The position numbers and the translations under genes are program-made. DNA of 64,000 nucleotides from Promethearchaeota archaeon (lineage in GTDB: Archaea > Asgardarchaeota > Lokiarchaeia > Sigyniarchaeales > SOKP01), in NCBI GenBank assembly GCA_018238625.1, contig JABCSY010000002.1:28097-92096 (forward strand), given 5' to 3'. Position 1 is the first letter of the stretch, and every line of letters starts with the position of its first letter. This document shows, in pieces, positions 40,735 to 51,318 of the stretch. The notes beneath the pieces are model-generated. The model had not been told where the DNA came from. It worked only from the letters and a program-made list of their open reading frames with translations, and did no database searches.

Positions 40735-41412
40735 ATGAACGATTTCTTTTCAGTTTTTACATATACTCCTTGGGATAATCTTAATACAAAGTTGTTGACT
40801 GAAGTCAAGTTAATATCGCTTAAAAGTATAACCAAAATGTTTCCTGTAATTGAACCAGGATTTTTTGATGATTTACTTTCAAACTTGTATAATTTCAAAC
40901 ATTATTCATGGGTTCAATGTGTTAAAAGAATTGTCGGTCCTAATGATGAAGATTACGATATAGCTCCTTGGAATTTCATATGGGCAATGGATAATGAAGG
41001 AAGAATTTTTCAATTTTTAATTCAAAAAGAGAAAAATGAATTTAAAGACTCACAGGCAACACTAGTAGCTTTAGCCCCTCCAGAATTAGGTAAATTGTTT
41101 AATCAGTATAAAGAAGGAGCCATACTTCGAACTTTATCTTTACTAAATAATCCGAAAAAAATGAAATTTCTAATAGTTTTAGCACCTAAAGGTAAATCAA
41201 TCGCTGAGGAACAACAATTAATTCAAGTTGATAAAAAAGCTTTAGAAAAGTTTAAACTCATTAATGAACTAAAGCAAATGCCTAACATAAAGGGCCAATG
41301 GTTCCCTACAGCTGAAGTAAAATGTCCAGTTTGTAAGGGGCCATTAACAGAGATAAATGATTACAAAGTTGGATTCGTGTGTCCACGATGCGGATTTAAA
41401 AAAGTGAAGTAA
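40735..41412 (+). CDS. Hypothetical protein with C-terminal zinc ribbon
   Basis: CPVC...CPRCG at the C-terminus. Confidence 0.65.
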   Translation: MNDFFSVFTYTPWDNLNTKLLTEVKLISLKSITKMFPVIEPGFFDDLLSNLYNFKHYSWVQCVKRIVGPNDEDYDIAPWNFIWAMDNEGRIFQFLIQKEKNEFKDSQATLVALAPPELGKLFNQYKEGAILRTLSLLNNPKKMKFLIVLAPKGKSIAEEQQLIQVDKKALEKFKLINELKQMPNIKGQWFPTAEVKCPVCKGPLTEINDYKVGFVCPRCGFKKVK

Positions 41413-41511
41413 AACTAGCTTTTTATTAAAACCTTTAATAATGATTTTTATTACATGATGTGATCTATAACATATTATTGAACCTAAATATAAAAGGAGA
41501 ATATTCCAACT

Positions 41512-43050
41512 ATGTTTGTTGCAGCTTTAGACTTAGGAACTACAGGATGTAGGACATTTATTTTTGATATAACCGGATCTATTTTATCAAGCGATTATCA
41601 AGAGTGGGAGAGTTTTTATCCCGTACCTTCATATGTGGAGCAAGATGCAAACTTATGGTGGGAGTCGATTAAAAAAACCATCGAAGCAGCCATAAAAAAG
41701 AGTGGAATCGACAAATCAGAGATCGTTAGTCTTTCTGTAGTAAATCAACGTGAAACGATCGTACCTGTTGATACGGAAGGGACTCCATTACATAACGCAT
41801 TAGTTTGGCAAGATAGACGGACAACTGAACAAGTAGACTTTATTAAAAAAAAAATAGGTATAGATAAAATTTATAGTACTACGGGTCTAACAATAGATCC
41901 TTATTTTTCAGCTACAAAGATTCTTTGGTTTAAAGATAAAAAGCCAGAAATCTATCAGAAAACGCACAAATTCTTGCTAGTTTCAGATTTCATTATTCAT
42001 AAACTAACTGGGCAATTTTACTCAGATTATTCTAATGCTTCCCGAACAATGCTATTTGATATAAATAAACTCAAATATTCGGAAGATATTGCCTCTGAGT
42101 TAGAAATAGATTTGGATAAAATGCCAGATGCCCTTGAAAGCGGAGTTGATATAGGGGAGATCGTTACAGAAGAAACTTTATTCGATAAAAAAACCTTGGT
42201 TATTACAGGCGCTGGGGATCAACAAGCAGCAGCCCTAGGAGTGGGCGTCGTCGCTCCGGGGCGAATAAAACTAACGACAGGAACTGGAAGCTTTATTTTA
42301 GCTTATTTGGATAAACCCAATTTTGATCCCCAAAAACGAGTATTATGTAGTTGTCACGCAATCCCTGGGGCTTGGATCCAGGAAGCAAGTATTTTTACAA
42401 GTGGGGCTTTTCTAAGGTGGTTTAGGGACCAACTCGGAAAAGAAGAATGTACATTAGCTGAAGAACAAAATCAAGATCCTTACATAATTCTAACGGAAGA
42501 AGCTGAAAAGTCTCCTATTGGTGCTAATGGTCTATTAGCAATCCCCCACTTAGTTGGTGCTGGAGCACCACATTGGAATCCATATGCGAGAGGTATAATT
42601 TATGGGTTATCTTTAGGGCATAAAAGAAGAGATATCGTTAGGGCGATTCTTGAAGGAGTAGCATTTGAAGTTAAAAAGAATATTGAAGTTTTTGGAAAGC
42701 TAGGGATTGAAACAAAAGAATTAAGGTTAACTGGAGGGGGTTCTCGCTCTGATTTTTGGAATCAAATTTTTTCCGATGTATTAGGTGTATCATGCGTCAG
42801 AAATGTTATTGAAGAGGCTACATCTTTGGGAGCTGCTATATTAGCAGCTACTGGAGCGGGATTGTTTTCAGATATCGCTAAAGCTGCCGAAAATGTGTGT
42901 AAAGTAGATAATAGATGGAATCCTGATATAAACCGACAGGAGTTTTATCAAGATATTTACAAATTATCGAATGATTTATACAAGGTTTTAAACGAGAAAA
43001 ATTTTTACAAAACCTACATCAATACGCTCCAAAATAAAAAAATAGTTTAA
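41512..43050 (+). CDS. FGGY family carbohydrate kinase (xylulose/glycerol kinase-like)
   Basis: DLGTTG, NQRET, WQDRR, D.SNASRT, GDQQAA, TGTGSF, GGGSRS. Confidence 0.92.
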   Translation: MFVAALDLGTTGCRTFIFDITGSILSSDYQEWESFYPVPSYVEQDANLWWESIKKTIEAAIKKSGIDKSEIVSLSVVNQRETIVPVDTEGTPLHNALVWQDRRTTEQVDFIKKKIGIDKIYSTTGLTIDPYFSATKILWFKDKKPEIYQKTHKFLLVSDFIIHKLTGQFYSDYSNASRTMLFDINKLKYSEDIASELEIDLDKMPDALESGVDIGEIVTEETLFDKKTLVITGAGDQQAAALGVGVVAPGRIKLTTGTGSFILAYLDKPNFDPQKRVLCSCHAIPGAWIQEASIFTSGAFLRWFRDQLGKEECTLAEEQNQDPYIILTEEAEKSPIGANGLLAIPHLVGAGAPHWNPYARGIIYGLSLGHKRRDIVRAILEGVAFEVKKNIEVFGKLGIETKELRLTGGGSRSDFWNQIFSDVLGVSCVRNVIEEATSLGAAILAATGAGLFSDIAKAAENVCKVDNRWNPDINRQEFYQDIYKLSNDLYKVLNEKNFYKTYINTLQNKKIV

Positions 43051-43151
43051 ATCTCATACTTTTTTATAGTATATATCTTCTCTAAAGTCAACCAACAATA
43101 AACAATTTTATATATTTAGTTTGTTATAAATTTTTTAAATAACATAGATTA

Positions 43152-43757
43152 GTGAAAAAAATGGAAGAATCAAATATTGATTATAAAGGAAATTTTACTT
43201 CAAAACAAAGGGCAGTAGGAGAATTGTTTTATATTGTTATTGTTATTGCGTGCTTAATTACAGTTACAGGAGGTATTTGGTCATTATTTGACTTTGTAAT
43301 GCCAACTGGAAAATTTGATGCTTTTATACTCCTTAATTTAGGATACCAAATCGCAATAATCGCTGGATTTTTATCGGGATTGTTCTTTCTTTTAATATTT
43401 TTCTTTGGGTTATTCAAGAAAGGAAGAAAATGGGTTTTGGCATTCATTTTTAATTTAAAAGAAATCGAAGAAAAGTATAAAAATCGTTTGGATGTTAAAA
43501 TCGCAGCTGGAGGTTTGCTATTAAGTTTAATGGCAACTATTATTGGAATTATGATCGCTCTATTTCAAGATATATTAGGGGGTTCTAGTAGTATTTCGCC
43601 CTTTTCGGGATTATTGGCATCTTTTTCATCAGGTAATTGGATACTATTCACAGGTGTTTCGGTATTTGCAGTTTTAGCAGTCACATTATTTTTAATCTAT
43701 TTTTGGAAGAATGGTTATTACCTTATATTAAAAATAATGGGAGTTTTAGAAAAATAA
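43152..43757 (+). CDS. Hypothetical membrane protein (internal two-fold repeat, about 4 TM)
   Basis: Hydrophobic segments ending in FKKG..W and WKNGY. Confidence 0.65.
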   Translation: MKKMEESNIDYKGNFTSKQRAVGELFYIVIVIACLITVTGGIWSLFDFVMPTGKFDAFILLNLGYQIAIIAGFLSGLFFLLIFFFGLFKKGRKWVLAFIFNLKEIEEKYKNRLDVKIAAGGLLLSLMATIIGIMIALFQDILGGSSSISPFSGLLASFSSGNWILFTGVSVFAVLAVTLFLIYFWKNGYYLILKIMGVLEK

Positions 43758-43873
43758 TAGATCCCAAACTTTTTTTTACTACTTATTTTTTATTTTAAAT
43801 TTTTACTTCAATCAAATCAGTAAATTCTCTCTCTTATCTTATTTTTATTAATTAAGCGTCATATCTAAAATCA

Positions 43874-45400
43874 ATGCTCTTTAAAGTTGGTATTGTTTTT
43901 AATTTTCTTCAATTACCGGATGTTTCTAAATACCCATTTGTAATTAACAAGCGAAATGACCATATTATTGTTAAAAAGGGATTGTTTGTATCCACTAAAA
44001 CAATTGAGGGTTATTTGATTGGCATAATTGAGAAAATCGTTTTAATAAATGAATATTTCTCGGATGCCTTAACAATTAAATCTTATAACAGCGAAAGCAA
44101 TCCCAATATTCTCAAAGGGCTATTTCCTAGTGATGATTTTGAATATGCTATTGCTATCGTTAGAAATTTAGGGATTATAGAGTTTAAAGAGGATAGCGAA
44201 GAAGAGATCGAATTAATAGCAAGGATGACATATCCTGCGAGCCCTGGTAAAGAAGTTTATTTGGTAGAAGAAGAAATTCTCAATAATTTTATAGGTTTCG
44301 ATAAAGTGCATGGTTTAAATTTAGGAAAATTAAAGGTGTCAAATATCGATACTTATATAGACATGAATCGGTTATTGAACAAACACCTTGCCATTCTTTC
44401 AATATCTGGAGGTGGCAAAAGTTATCTTACTTCTATTATTATTGAAGAATTATTAACAAGAGATGAAACTTTTGGAACGCCCGCAATTATAATGATTGAT
44501 GTCCATGGGGAATACAAATATTTAGATGCAATCTCTACGATAAAAGATAAAGTTAAAGTTATAGATACTTCATATTTTCAGATTTCTGTACCTAGATTGA
44601 GCGCTTATTCTTTTAAAAAATACCAAGAGCAAATATCTAATGTGCAAATAAGAGAATTATCTAAATTCATTAAAAAGTTAAGAAAAAATAAAGATTTAAA
44701 GAATAAATATAATCTAAATAACATTATAGATGTAATTGAAAAAGAACCTGAAGGCAATAAAAGTACAAAGCAAGCGTTAGTGGGATGGCTTTCTGAATTA
44801 GAACATTTAACCCTTTTTGGCTCGCAAGAAAATCCAATTTTAAAAAAAGTCATAAATCAAGGGGAAATTACTATTTTTAATCTTCAAAACGAAATTTCGA
44901 TTCGTAAAAAACAAATTATGGTTGATTATATTTGTAGTCGCTTGTTTTATCTAAGAAGAATGAATGAAATTCCTCCTTTTTTATTAATTATTGAAGAGGC
45001 TCACCAATTCGCCCCTGAAGCGGCTCATTCAAAGGCACTATCTAAATATATAATTGAAACCATCGCCAGAGAGGGAAGAAAATTCATGGCGTGTTTATGT
45101 TTAATAAGCCAAAGACCCAAAAAGTTAAGCACAACGACCCTTTCTCAAATTAACTCAAAGTTAATTCTAAATATTAAGAACCCATACGATTTAAAGCATT
45201 TAATGGATAGTTCAGAAGCTATCACTAAAGAATACGCTGATATGATTTCAAGTTTAGGAGTAGGTGAAATGTTATTGATGGGGAATGCTGTAAATTATCC
45301 TATATTTTTAAAAATAAGGGAGAGAAAATTTATATCTCAAATTGAAAATATATCTTTAGCTCAAGTGTGTTTAAATTGGAAAAAATTTCAATCAGTTTAA
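43874..45400 (+). CDS. HerA/DUF87-family ATPase
   Basis: HLAILSISGGGKSY Walker A, D.HGEY, EEAH.FAP Walker B, AREGRK, SQRP. Confidence 0.88.
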   Translation: MLFKVGIVFNFLQLPDVSKYPFVINKRNDHIIVKKGLFVSTKTIEGYLIGIIEKIVLINEYFSDALTIKSYNSESNPNILKGLFPSDDFEYAIAIVRNLGIIEFKEDSEEEIELIARMTYPASPGKEVYLVEEEILNNFIGFDKVHGLNLGKLKVSNIDTYIDMNRLLNKHLAILSISGGGKSYLTSIIIEELLTRDETFGTPAIIMIDVHGEYKYLDAISTIKDKVKVIDTSYFQISVPRLSAYSFKKYQEQISNVQIRELSKFIKKLRKNKDLKNKYNLNNIIDVIEKEPEGNKSTKQALVGWLSELEHLTLFGSQENPILKKVINQGEITIFNLQNEISIRKKQIMVDYICSRLFYLRRMNEIPPFLLIIEEAHQFAPEAAHSKALSKYIIETIAREGRKFMACLCLISQRPKKLSTTTLSQINSKLILNIKNPYDLKHLMDSSEAITKEYADMISSLGVGEMLLMGNAVNYPIFLKIRERKFISQIENISLAQVCLNWKKFQSV

Positions 45401-45664
45401 GCCTTCCAGAATTTCTGCTCTAATTTTTTGAGATTGTTTGTTAAGCACAATCATCTTTTTGGTCTTTGAGACTCGGAAGACATTAATAATAGTTCGGCTT
45501 TCTAATTTCATCAATAATTCTTCTAACATCAATGGGTTAATGTAAGGGAACTCCTTTTTAAGTAGTTCTTCCAATCGTTTATTTAATACTTCTCCTTTAT
45601 TTTTAATCAGAATATCGATTAAAGAATTTACTATAGGTTTTTGGTTCCAACGTTGTGTTTCGAT
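45392..45664 (-). CDS. Small winged-helix-like hypothetical protein upstream-extended to an ATC start
   Basis: ORF 45392-45574 stays open to an in-frame TGA at 45671-45673; AGGTGA Shine-Dalgarno precedes ATA/ATC; LLMKLE...IINV motif. Confidence 0.55.
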   Translation of the reverse strand: METQRWNQKPIVNSLIDILIKNKGEVLNKRLEELLKKEFPYINPLMLEELLMKLESRTIINVFRVSKTKKMIVLNKQSQKIRAEILEGLN

Positions 45665-45747
45665 TATTGATCACCTTTTAATCAATTTTAAATAAAAAAA
45701 AGTCTATTGTAATTAAAATGATCTTTCTCAAATTAACTTTATGAATA

Positions 45748-47985
45748 TTACATAACCATTCGATCTTCTGTAGATTGTTGAATGTTTCTACTTTTAAATT
45801 TTTCTACAAAATTTTCATACGATTTAATTACTTCAGGTAATATACTAGGGTTAATTAATTCTGATGCTTGCTTAAAGTGCTCTTTCGTAATTTTTCTTGC
45901 TCTTATATTTTCTCTAAGGGCAATCATACCTGCCTCACGACATAAAGTCTCAACATCCGCACCAGAGAAACCCTTTAATGTCCTATTTAAGGCATCCAAA
46001 TCTATATTATTCGCAAGTGGCATATCTTTAGTAAATAATTTTAATATTTCAAGTCTTCCTATTTCATCGGGCGGGGGTACCAGTAGCATCCTATCAATCC
46101 TTCCAGGTCGGATTAAGGCGGGGTCTAAAATATCAGGGCGGTTGGTAGCAGCAATCACCACGATATCTTTCTTAACTTCTAAACCATCTAATTCAGTTAA
46201 AAATTGTGAAAGAACTTTTTCGGACACTCCCGAATCTGTAGTATGCCTACCTCTACTTGGAGCTATTGAATCAAATTCATCAAAAAAGATAATACATGGT
46301 GCTGCCATTTTTGCTTTTCGAAAAATTTCGCGAATTGCTTTTTCGCTTTCTCCTACATATTTAGATAACAATTCAGGTCCTTTAATAGAGATAAAATTAG
46401 CTTTACTTTCGTGTGCAACTGCCCTTGCCAAAAGCGTTTTTCCACACCCAGGTGGCCCATATAATAAAACACCTCTAGGAGGTTTTATTCCCATACGCTC
46501 AAAAATTTTTGGATGCGATAAAGGCCAGTCTACTGCCTCTATTAATTTCTGTTTTAATTCCTCTAATCCACCTATCTGCTCCCAAGAGACATTTGGTATT
46601 TCAACGAATACTTCTCTTATTCCAGATGGCATTACTTCCTTTAAAGCCTCCTCAAAATCAGCTTTAGTTATCTTCATTTGTTCAAGTAATTCAGGATCTA
46701 TCATTTCAGAATCTAAATCAATCTTTGGTAAATACCTTCTGAGAGCTGCCATCGCAGCTTCTCTACACACTGCCATAATATCCGCACCAACGAATCCATG
46801 AGTAATGTTAGCATAATCTTTTAAAGATATTTTCTCGAGAGGCATATTTCTCGTATGAATTTGAAAAACTTCTCTTCTTCCTTTTTCATTTGGAACTTTT
46901 ATCTCAATTTCTCGATCAAATCTACCTGGACGCCTTAACGCGGGATCTAAACTATTAGGTCTATTTGTTGCTCCAATAACGATAACCTTTCCTCTACTAT
47001 GTAGCCCATCCATCAAGGCTAATAATTGAGCAACAACCCTTCGCTCTACTTCACCAGTTACAGTCTCTCTTTTTGGGGCAATTGCATCGATCTCATCAAT
47101 AAATATTATTGATGGGCTCTTTTCTTCAGCGTCAATAAATATTTTCCGCAATTTTTTCTCAGATTCGCCATAAAATTTGCTCATAATTTCTGGACCGTTT
47201 ATTGAAATAAAATAAGCTTCGCTTTCATTAGCTACAGCTCTCGCTAATAAAGTTTTTCCGCAACCAGGAGGACCTCTCAGTAAAATTCCTTTTGGGGGAT
47301 CAATACCTAGACGTTTAAATAATGAGGGGTGTCTTAGTGGGAGTTCAACCATTTCTCTAACCTTTTGTATCTCGCGATCTAATCCACCAACATCTTCATA
47401 AGTAACATAATCAGCACCCCTTTCTTCGTCTTCAGTAATACGTTCGCTAATATGCAGAGCTGTTTCTGGTTTGATTGTACAAACTCCACCTGGTCTTATA
47501 CTTATAACTTTAAAGGTAATTTCTCGACTTATTCCTATTGAGATAAATATGAAATCGTCGATCGTAACAGGATAATTATTTAATTTTCGTTTAACGAAAG
47601 TTTCGAATCTGGGATTGGACTTTATTTTTACGCTTATTGGCGCCAAAACAATATTTTGAGCGGGGTGAGCTTTGACCTTCCGAATTTGGATTGTTTCATC
47701 TATACTTGCTCCTGTATTTTTCTTTAATCTAGAATCGATGCGAATAATACCTAATCCACTATCTTGGGGGTAACTCGGCCAAGCTATTCCCGCACTTTCC
47801 TTCTTTCCAGTAAGAGAGATAACATCACCAGTTTGAATATTTAACTTTTCCATAGTTTCTTGATCAATTCTAGCAATATTACGGCCGATATCCCTTTTTT
47901 TAGCTTCTTGCACTCGCAGCGCAACTAATTGTGAATCTTTATCTTTACTATTAGTTCCCTTTTTATCGTTTTCTTTAGTTGACAT
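45748..47985 (-). CDS. cdc48: CDC48/VCP AAA+ ATPase
   Basis: N-domain plus two AAA modules (GPPGCGKT twice, DEID/DEFD, RPGR). Confidence 0.97.
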   Translation of the reverse strand: MSTKENDKKGTNSKDKDSQLVALRVQEAKKRDIGRNIARIDQETMEKLNIQTGDVISLTGKKESAGIAWPSYPQDSGLGIIRIDSRLKKNTGASIDETIQIRKVKAHPAQNIVLAPISVKIKSNPRFETFVKRKLNNYPVTIDDFIFISIGISREITFKVISIRPGGVCTIKPETALHISERITEDEERGADYVTYEDVGGLDREIQKVREMVELPLRHPSLFKRLGIDPPKGILLRGPPGCGKTLLARAVANESEAYFISINGPEIMSKFYGESEKKLRKIFIDAEEKSPSIIFIDEIDAIAPKRETVTGEVERRVVAQLLALMDGLHSRGKVIVIGATNRPNSLDPALRRPGRFDREIEIKVPNEKGRREVFQIHTRNMPLEKISLKDYANITHGFVGADIMAVCREAAMAALRRYLPKIDLDSEMIDPELLEQMKITKADFEEALKEVMPSGIREVFVEIPNVSWEQIGGLEELKQKLIEAVDWPLSHPKIFERMGIKPPRGVLLYGPPGCGKTLLARAVAHESKANFISIKGPELLSKYVGESEKAIREIFRKAKMAAPCIIFFDEFDSIAPSRGRHTTDSGVSEKVLSQFLTELDGLEVKKDIVVIAATNRPDILDPALIRPGRIDRMLLVPPPDEIGRLEILKLFTKDMPLANNIDLDALNRTLKGFSGADVETLCREAGMIALRENIRARKITKEHFKQASELINPSILPEVIKSYENFVEKFKSRNIQQSTEDRMVM

Positions 47986-48077
47986 TTTTGATCGAATAAA
48001 TATAATATAATTTTCAATATATATGAAGTAATAATTTTGTAAAAATTTTTGCTTTTTTCTAATATTAAGTTTTAATT

Positions 48078-49127
48078 TTATTTGAAGAAATTGTCCAAAG
48101 ACACTTGTTTTTTAGAAGAATCTTGCTTTTTCAACCGTTCAATTGCGTTTTCAACCCTAGTTTTTGAAAAATTGTGATGTTCTATCAGTAATTCTTCAAC
48201 TTTATCGTAATTAATTTTTTCCCAGATTATCTTTGGATATTTTTTTTTTACATCTGGGTATAAAAAGATATCTTTTATTTGGTCAATCAATTCTTTTTCC
48301 AGTTGAATTTCTATTTTACCAACTTTTACATTATTTTTTAAAATATTTTCTAACGAACCATATTTCTTGATAAGGTCATAAGCCTTGTGTTGACCAATTC
48401 CCTTAATTCCTGGGAAAAAATCAGTTCCTATTAAAATCCCCATCTCTATCAGCTGCTCTCGAGTAATATTTAAATTTTCAAGAAATTTAGATAATGAAAT
48501 GTATTCTATATCTAAAGTGACTGTAGTATCTCTAACCTTTTTACTTCTACTTATTGCGAAATTTCTAATTAACCTTTTTCCTCCAAATAATAATGTGTCA
48601 TAATCCTGGGATGCACAAGCCCAAGCATCACCAGTTTCAACTAGAAGGGCAGATTGAGCCTCACCTTCAGAGCTCGCCTCTACAATTGGAATCCCCAGAT
48701 ATTTTAATAATTTTTTACTATCTTCAATCATATTCGTATCTAATTTAGATGTCATCTGAGCGTATTTTTTCGCTTCTCTAAAGTCTTCCTTCTCTTGAGC
48801 TTTTATCATCTTTTCCTTAGCATCTTCTTTAATTCTCCTTCGTTCTTTTATTGTCTCTAGTTTTAATTCAGAAGGAGTCCCATCAAACACATAGATTGGT
48901 TTGATGTTATGCTCTAAAAAATTTATTGTTCGATAAAATAATCCAGATAGATGAGAAGTCACATTGCCATTATAATCTTTTAAAGGAGTGCCATCTCTTT
49001 GCCTGATAATCGCTAAAAATTGATAGATCGTGTTAAATGCATCAATGGCAATGCGTTTATTTAATAGATTATCAAATGTAATAGTCCTTCTTACATCTTT
49101 CACTAATTCATTTATTTTAGTACCCAT
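48078..49127 (-). CDS. fen1: Flap endonuclease 1
   Basis: DAFNTIYQFL, TSHLSG, EGEAQ, SQDYD, GTDF, C-terminal PIP box QVSLDNFF. Confidence 0.96.
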   Translation of the reverse strand: MGTKINELVKDVRRTITFDNLLNKRIAIDAFNTIYQFLAIIRQRDGTPLKDYNGNVTSHLSGLFYRTINFLEHNIKPIYVFDGTPSELKLETIKERRRIKEDAKEKMIKAQEKEDFREAKKYAQMTSKLDTNMIEDSKKLLKYLGIPIVEASSEGEAQSALLVETGDAWACASQDYDTLLFGGKRLIRNFAISRSKKVRDTTVTLDIEYISLSKFLENLNITREQLIEMGILIGTDFFPGIKGIGQHKAYDLIKKYGSLENILKNNVKVGKIEIQLEKELIDQIKDIFLYPDVKKKYPKIIWEKINYDKVEELLIEHHNFSKTRVENAIERLKKQDSSKKQVSLDNFFK

Positions 49128-49187
49128 GTTTTAACTTTTATATTTTTTAACCCATTTTTATTTACATTTTTTACTATATATTTTGCA

Positions 49188-49742
49188 CTATATTTTTTCC
49201 TTTATTAGTGGTCTTCTTTTTAGTTTAGACCCACACATTTCACAAATTTTATTAAAATCTTTAGGTTTGAAAATAGTTTTACAATAGGGGCAATATATCT
49301 CAAATAATATCTTTTCTTTTATACCCTCCCTAAACAGAGGCATGAATTTTATTTTTAGTTCACTACATAAATTTTCCATGGAATAATCGTTTGTGTAGAG
49401 AACAATCTCTTGGTTATGTGTGTCCATCAATTCTAAAGCTAATGCAATTAAATTCACATCAGCTTTAGATAACGCATTTATATCACCTGTTAGTTTAGAT
49501 TTTGCGTCTACTATGTTAATGTAATTTTCATTAGCCCTTTTTATAATTAGTTTTCCTAGTTCAACTGCCACTTCTATTCTATGAATAATATTTCTATTCT
49601 TATCTTTATATCTTTTAACTCGAATCTCATCGATAATTTCTGGAGTGGTGAAAATTGTCTCCTTAAAAAAATTGAAATCTATACCTCTTAAAAAAATGTT
49701 AGTATCAAAAACTAGAATTGAACTCTTCTTCAGGACTGTCAT
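49188..49742 (-). CDS. nob1: Nob1 endonuclease (PIN + zinc ribbon)
   Basis: FDTN, LS.AD, TNDYSMEN, CPYC..C.MCGS. Confidence 0.9.
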   Translation of the reverse strand: MTVLKKSSILVFDTNIFLRGIDFNFFKETIFTTPEIIDEIRVKRYKDKNRNIIHRIEVAVELGKLIIKRANENYINIVDAKSKLTGDINALSKADVNLIALALELMDTHNQEIVLYTNDYSMENLCSELKIKFMPLFREGIKEKILFEIYCPYCKTIFKPKDFNKICEMCGSKLKRRPLIKEKI

Positions 49743-50631
49743 CTATCGGAACCTTGATTCCTCCAATAATTTTTTTCCTTAACCGCCTAATATAATTATC
49801 GCTTATACTTCTGGAAAGACGGATAAATTTGGTGTGGGAATTTGCTTTACGGACTTTGATAACTGTGTTTGGTTGGATATTTTTAAATGTTCTCTGGCCG
49901 TCAATTATAATTTTAGCACTTAGTCTTGGTCTTAGAAGTTGAATTTCAACTTCGCTATCAATAGGAAGCACCATTGGTTTCAATCCTGACCTCGCAAAAC
50001 TATTTAATGGCGTTATTTGCATAATATCCATCGTAGGTTTTACAATTGCACCTCCCGCACTTAGATTATATCCCGTAGAGCCTACTGAAGTTGAAATAAT
50101 AATACCATCTAAATAACTTCGATTTAGAAAACAACCATCTATTTTAACTGATGTTAATAATACTTTAGAACTTTTTGATGAAACTATTAGAACTTCGTTC
50201 AATGCATTATTTAATCTAATTTCTTCAGAAGCTTTAATTACATATGGGGCTAATTTAGAACATTCTTCAATTATATATTCGCCTTTTAATACACGATTTA
50301 TGTCATTAAAGACGTTTCTTTCATTAGTTTCGTCTAAAAAGCCGATAGACCCAATATTTACTCCCAAAATGGGTGGAGCGTCGCGTTGTGATAGGGCACT
50401 TGCCACCCTCAGAATAGTTCCGTCTCCACCAATGGATATGAGAAATTTAGTATTCTCTGCTGTCATCTCTTTAAGATCCATACCATTGTGAGGTAAGATT
50501 TTTGGGGCGATTCTGGTTTCCAATTGAACAATTTCGCCTTTTTTCACTAAATAATCAAAAAGTTTCTTAGTTAAATTTATCGCTCTCTCTGAATCCATTC
50601 TACAAGCTAATGAAACTGCTTTTTTTTCCAT
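49705..50631 (-). CDS. nadK: NAD kinase
   Basis: GGDGT, G.IGFL, LNE, DG...ST..GSTGY.LSAGG, DGQ. Confidence 0.93.
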   Translation of the reverse strand: MEKKAVSLACRMDSERAINLTKKLFDYLVKKGEIVQLETRIAPKILPHNGMDLKEMTAENTKFLISIGGDGTILRVASALSQRDAPPILGVNIGSIGFLDETNERNVFNDINRVLKGEYIIEECSKLAPYVIKASEEIRLNNALNEVLIVSSKSSKVLLTSVKIDGCFLNRSYLDGIIISTSVGSTGYNLSAGGAIVKPTMDIMQITPLNSFARSGLKPMVLPIDSEVEIQLLRPRLSAKIIIDGQRTFKNIQPNTVIKVRKANSHTKFIRLSRSISDNYIRRLRKKIIGGIKVPIDDSPEEEFNSSF

Positions 50632-50734
50632 CGAACTCAGACTTCTTTTTGTTTTTCTTTTCTTTTATTGATATATTATAAAAATGAATAAATTTTAAGA
50701 AAATACAATTCTAATTCTGCTCAAAATTAACATT

Positions 50735-51169
50735 CTAATTAATTATTACTCTATTTAGCAAAGTTTTTCCCGCTAATTTCCAATATTCTACTTGCGCCAT
50801 CGACATTTTACCGGGATCGTTTTGTAATTCCTTTAACTTTGCTTTTAAATCTTCCTCTGCCGGCCAATTAACATCCACTGATTCATAGGATTCGAGATCC
50901 ATAATGTTAAGTGATGTATCTTCAATAAAGTTAATCTGGGCAGTACCTTTGAGTATCTCGGGAATGGAAACCATGTGACCCGATGGTATGGTGAGAGATC
51001 TCTTGTTATTATCGAATACACCAACACATACAACTCGTACTTTGGCGTGACCGTGTTTTCCTGACTTACTTCTCTCAGTAGCTTTTATAACGCACGGTTC
51101 TTCATCAACCATAATGTATTGACCAGTTTTAAGCTTTTGAACTTCTGTTCTTCTAATGCTCATAATCAT
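50735..51169 (-). CDS. eif5a: Translation factor aIF5A
   Basis: SKSGKHGHAK hypusination motif. Confidence 0.95.
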   Translation of the reverse strand: MIMSIRRTEVQKLKTGQYIMVDEEPCVIKATERSKSGKHGHAKVRVVCVGVFDNNKRSLTIPSGHMVSIPEILKGTAQINFIEDTSLNIMDLESYESVDVNWPAEEDLKAKLKELQNDPGKMSMAQVEYWKLAGKTLLNRVIIN

Positions 51170-51318
51170 TTTCTCCTTTTTTTTTCAATATTAGGTTTGT
51201 ATGAAATATTTTTTATTTTCACATATCTTTTTTTATATAATATTATCTTTATTTAAAAAAAAATATTAGTTTTTGTTAATATTATTTATTAAAACATAAA
51301 AGTAAAAATAGATTTGTT

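Noticed and set aside
45782-46801. 339-aa plus-strand ORF
   Set aside because: Antisense shadow of the conserved cdc48 AAA domain
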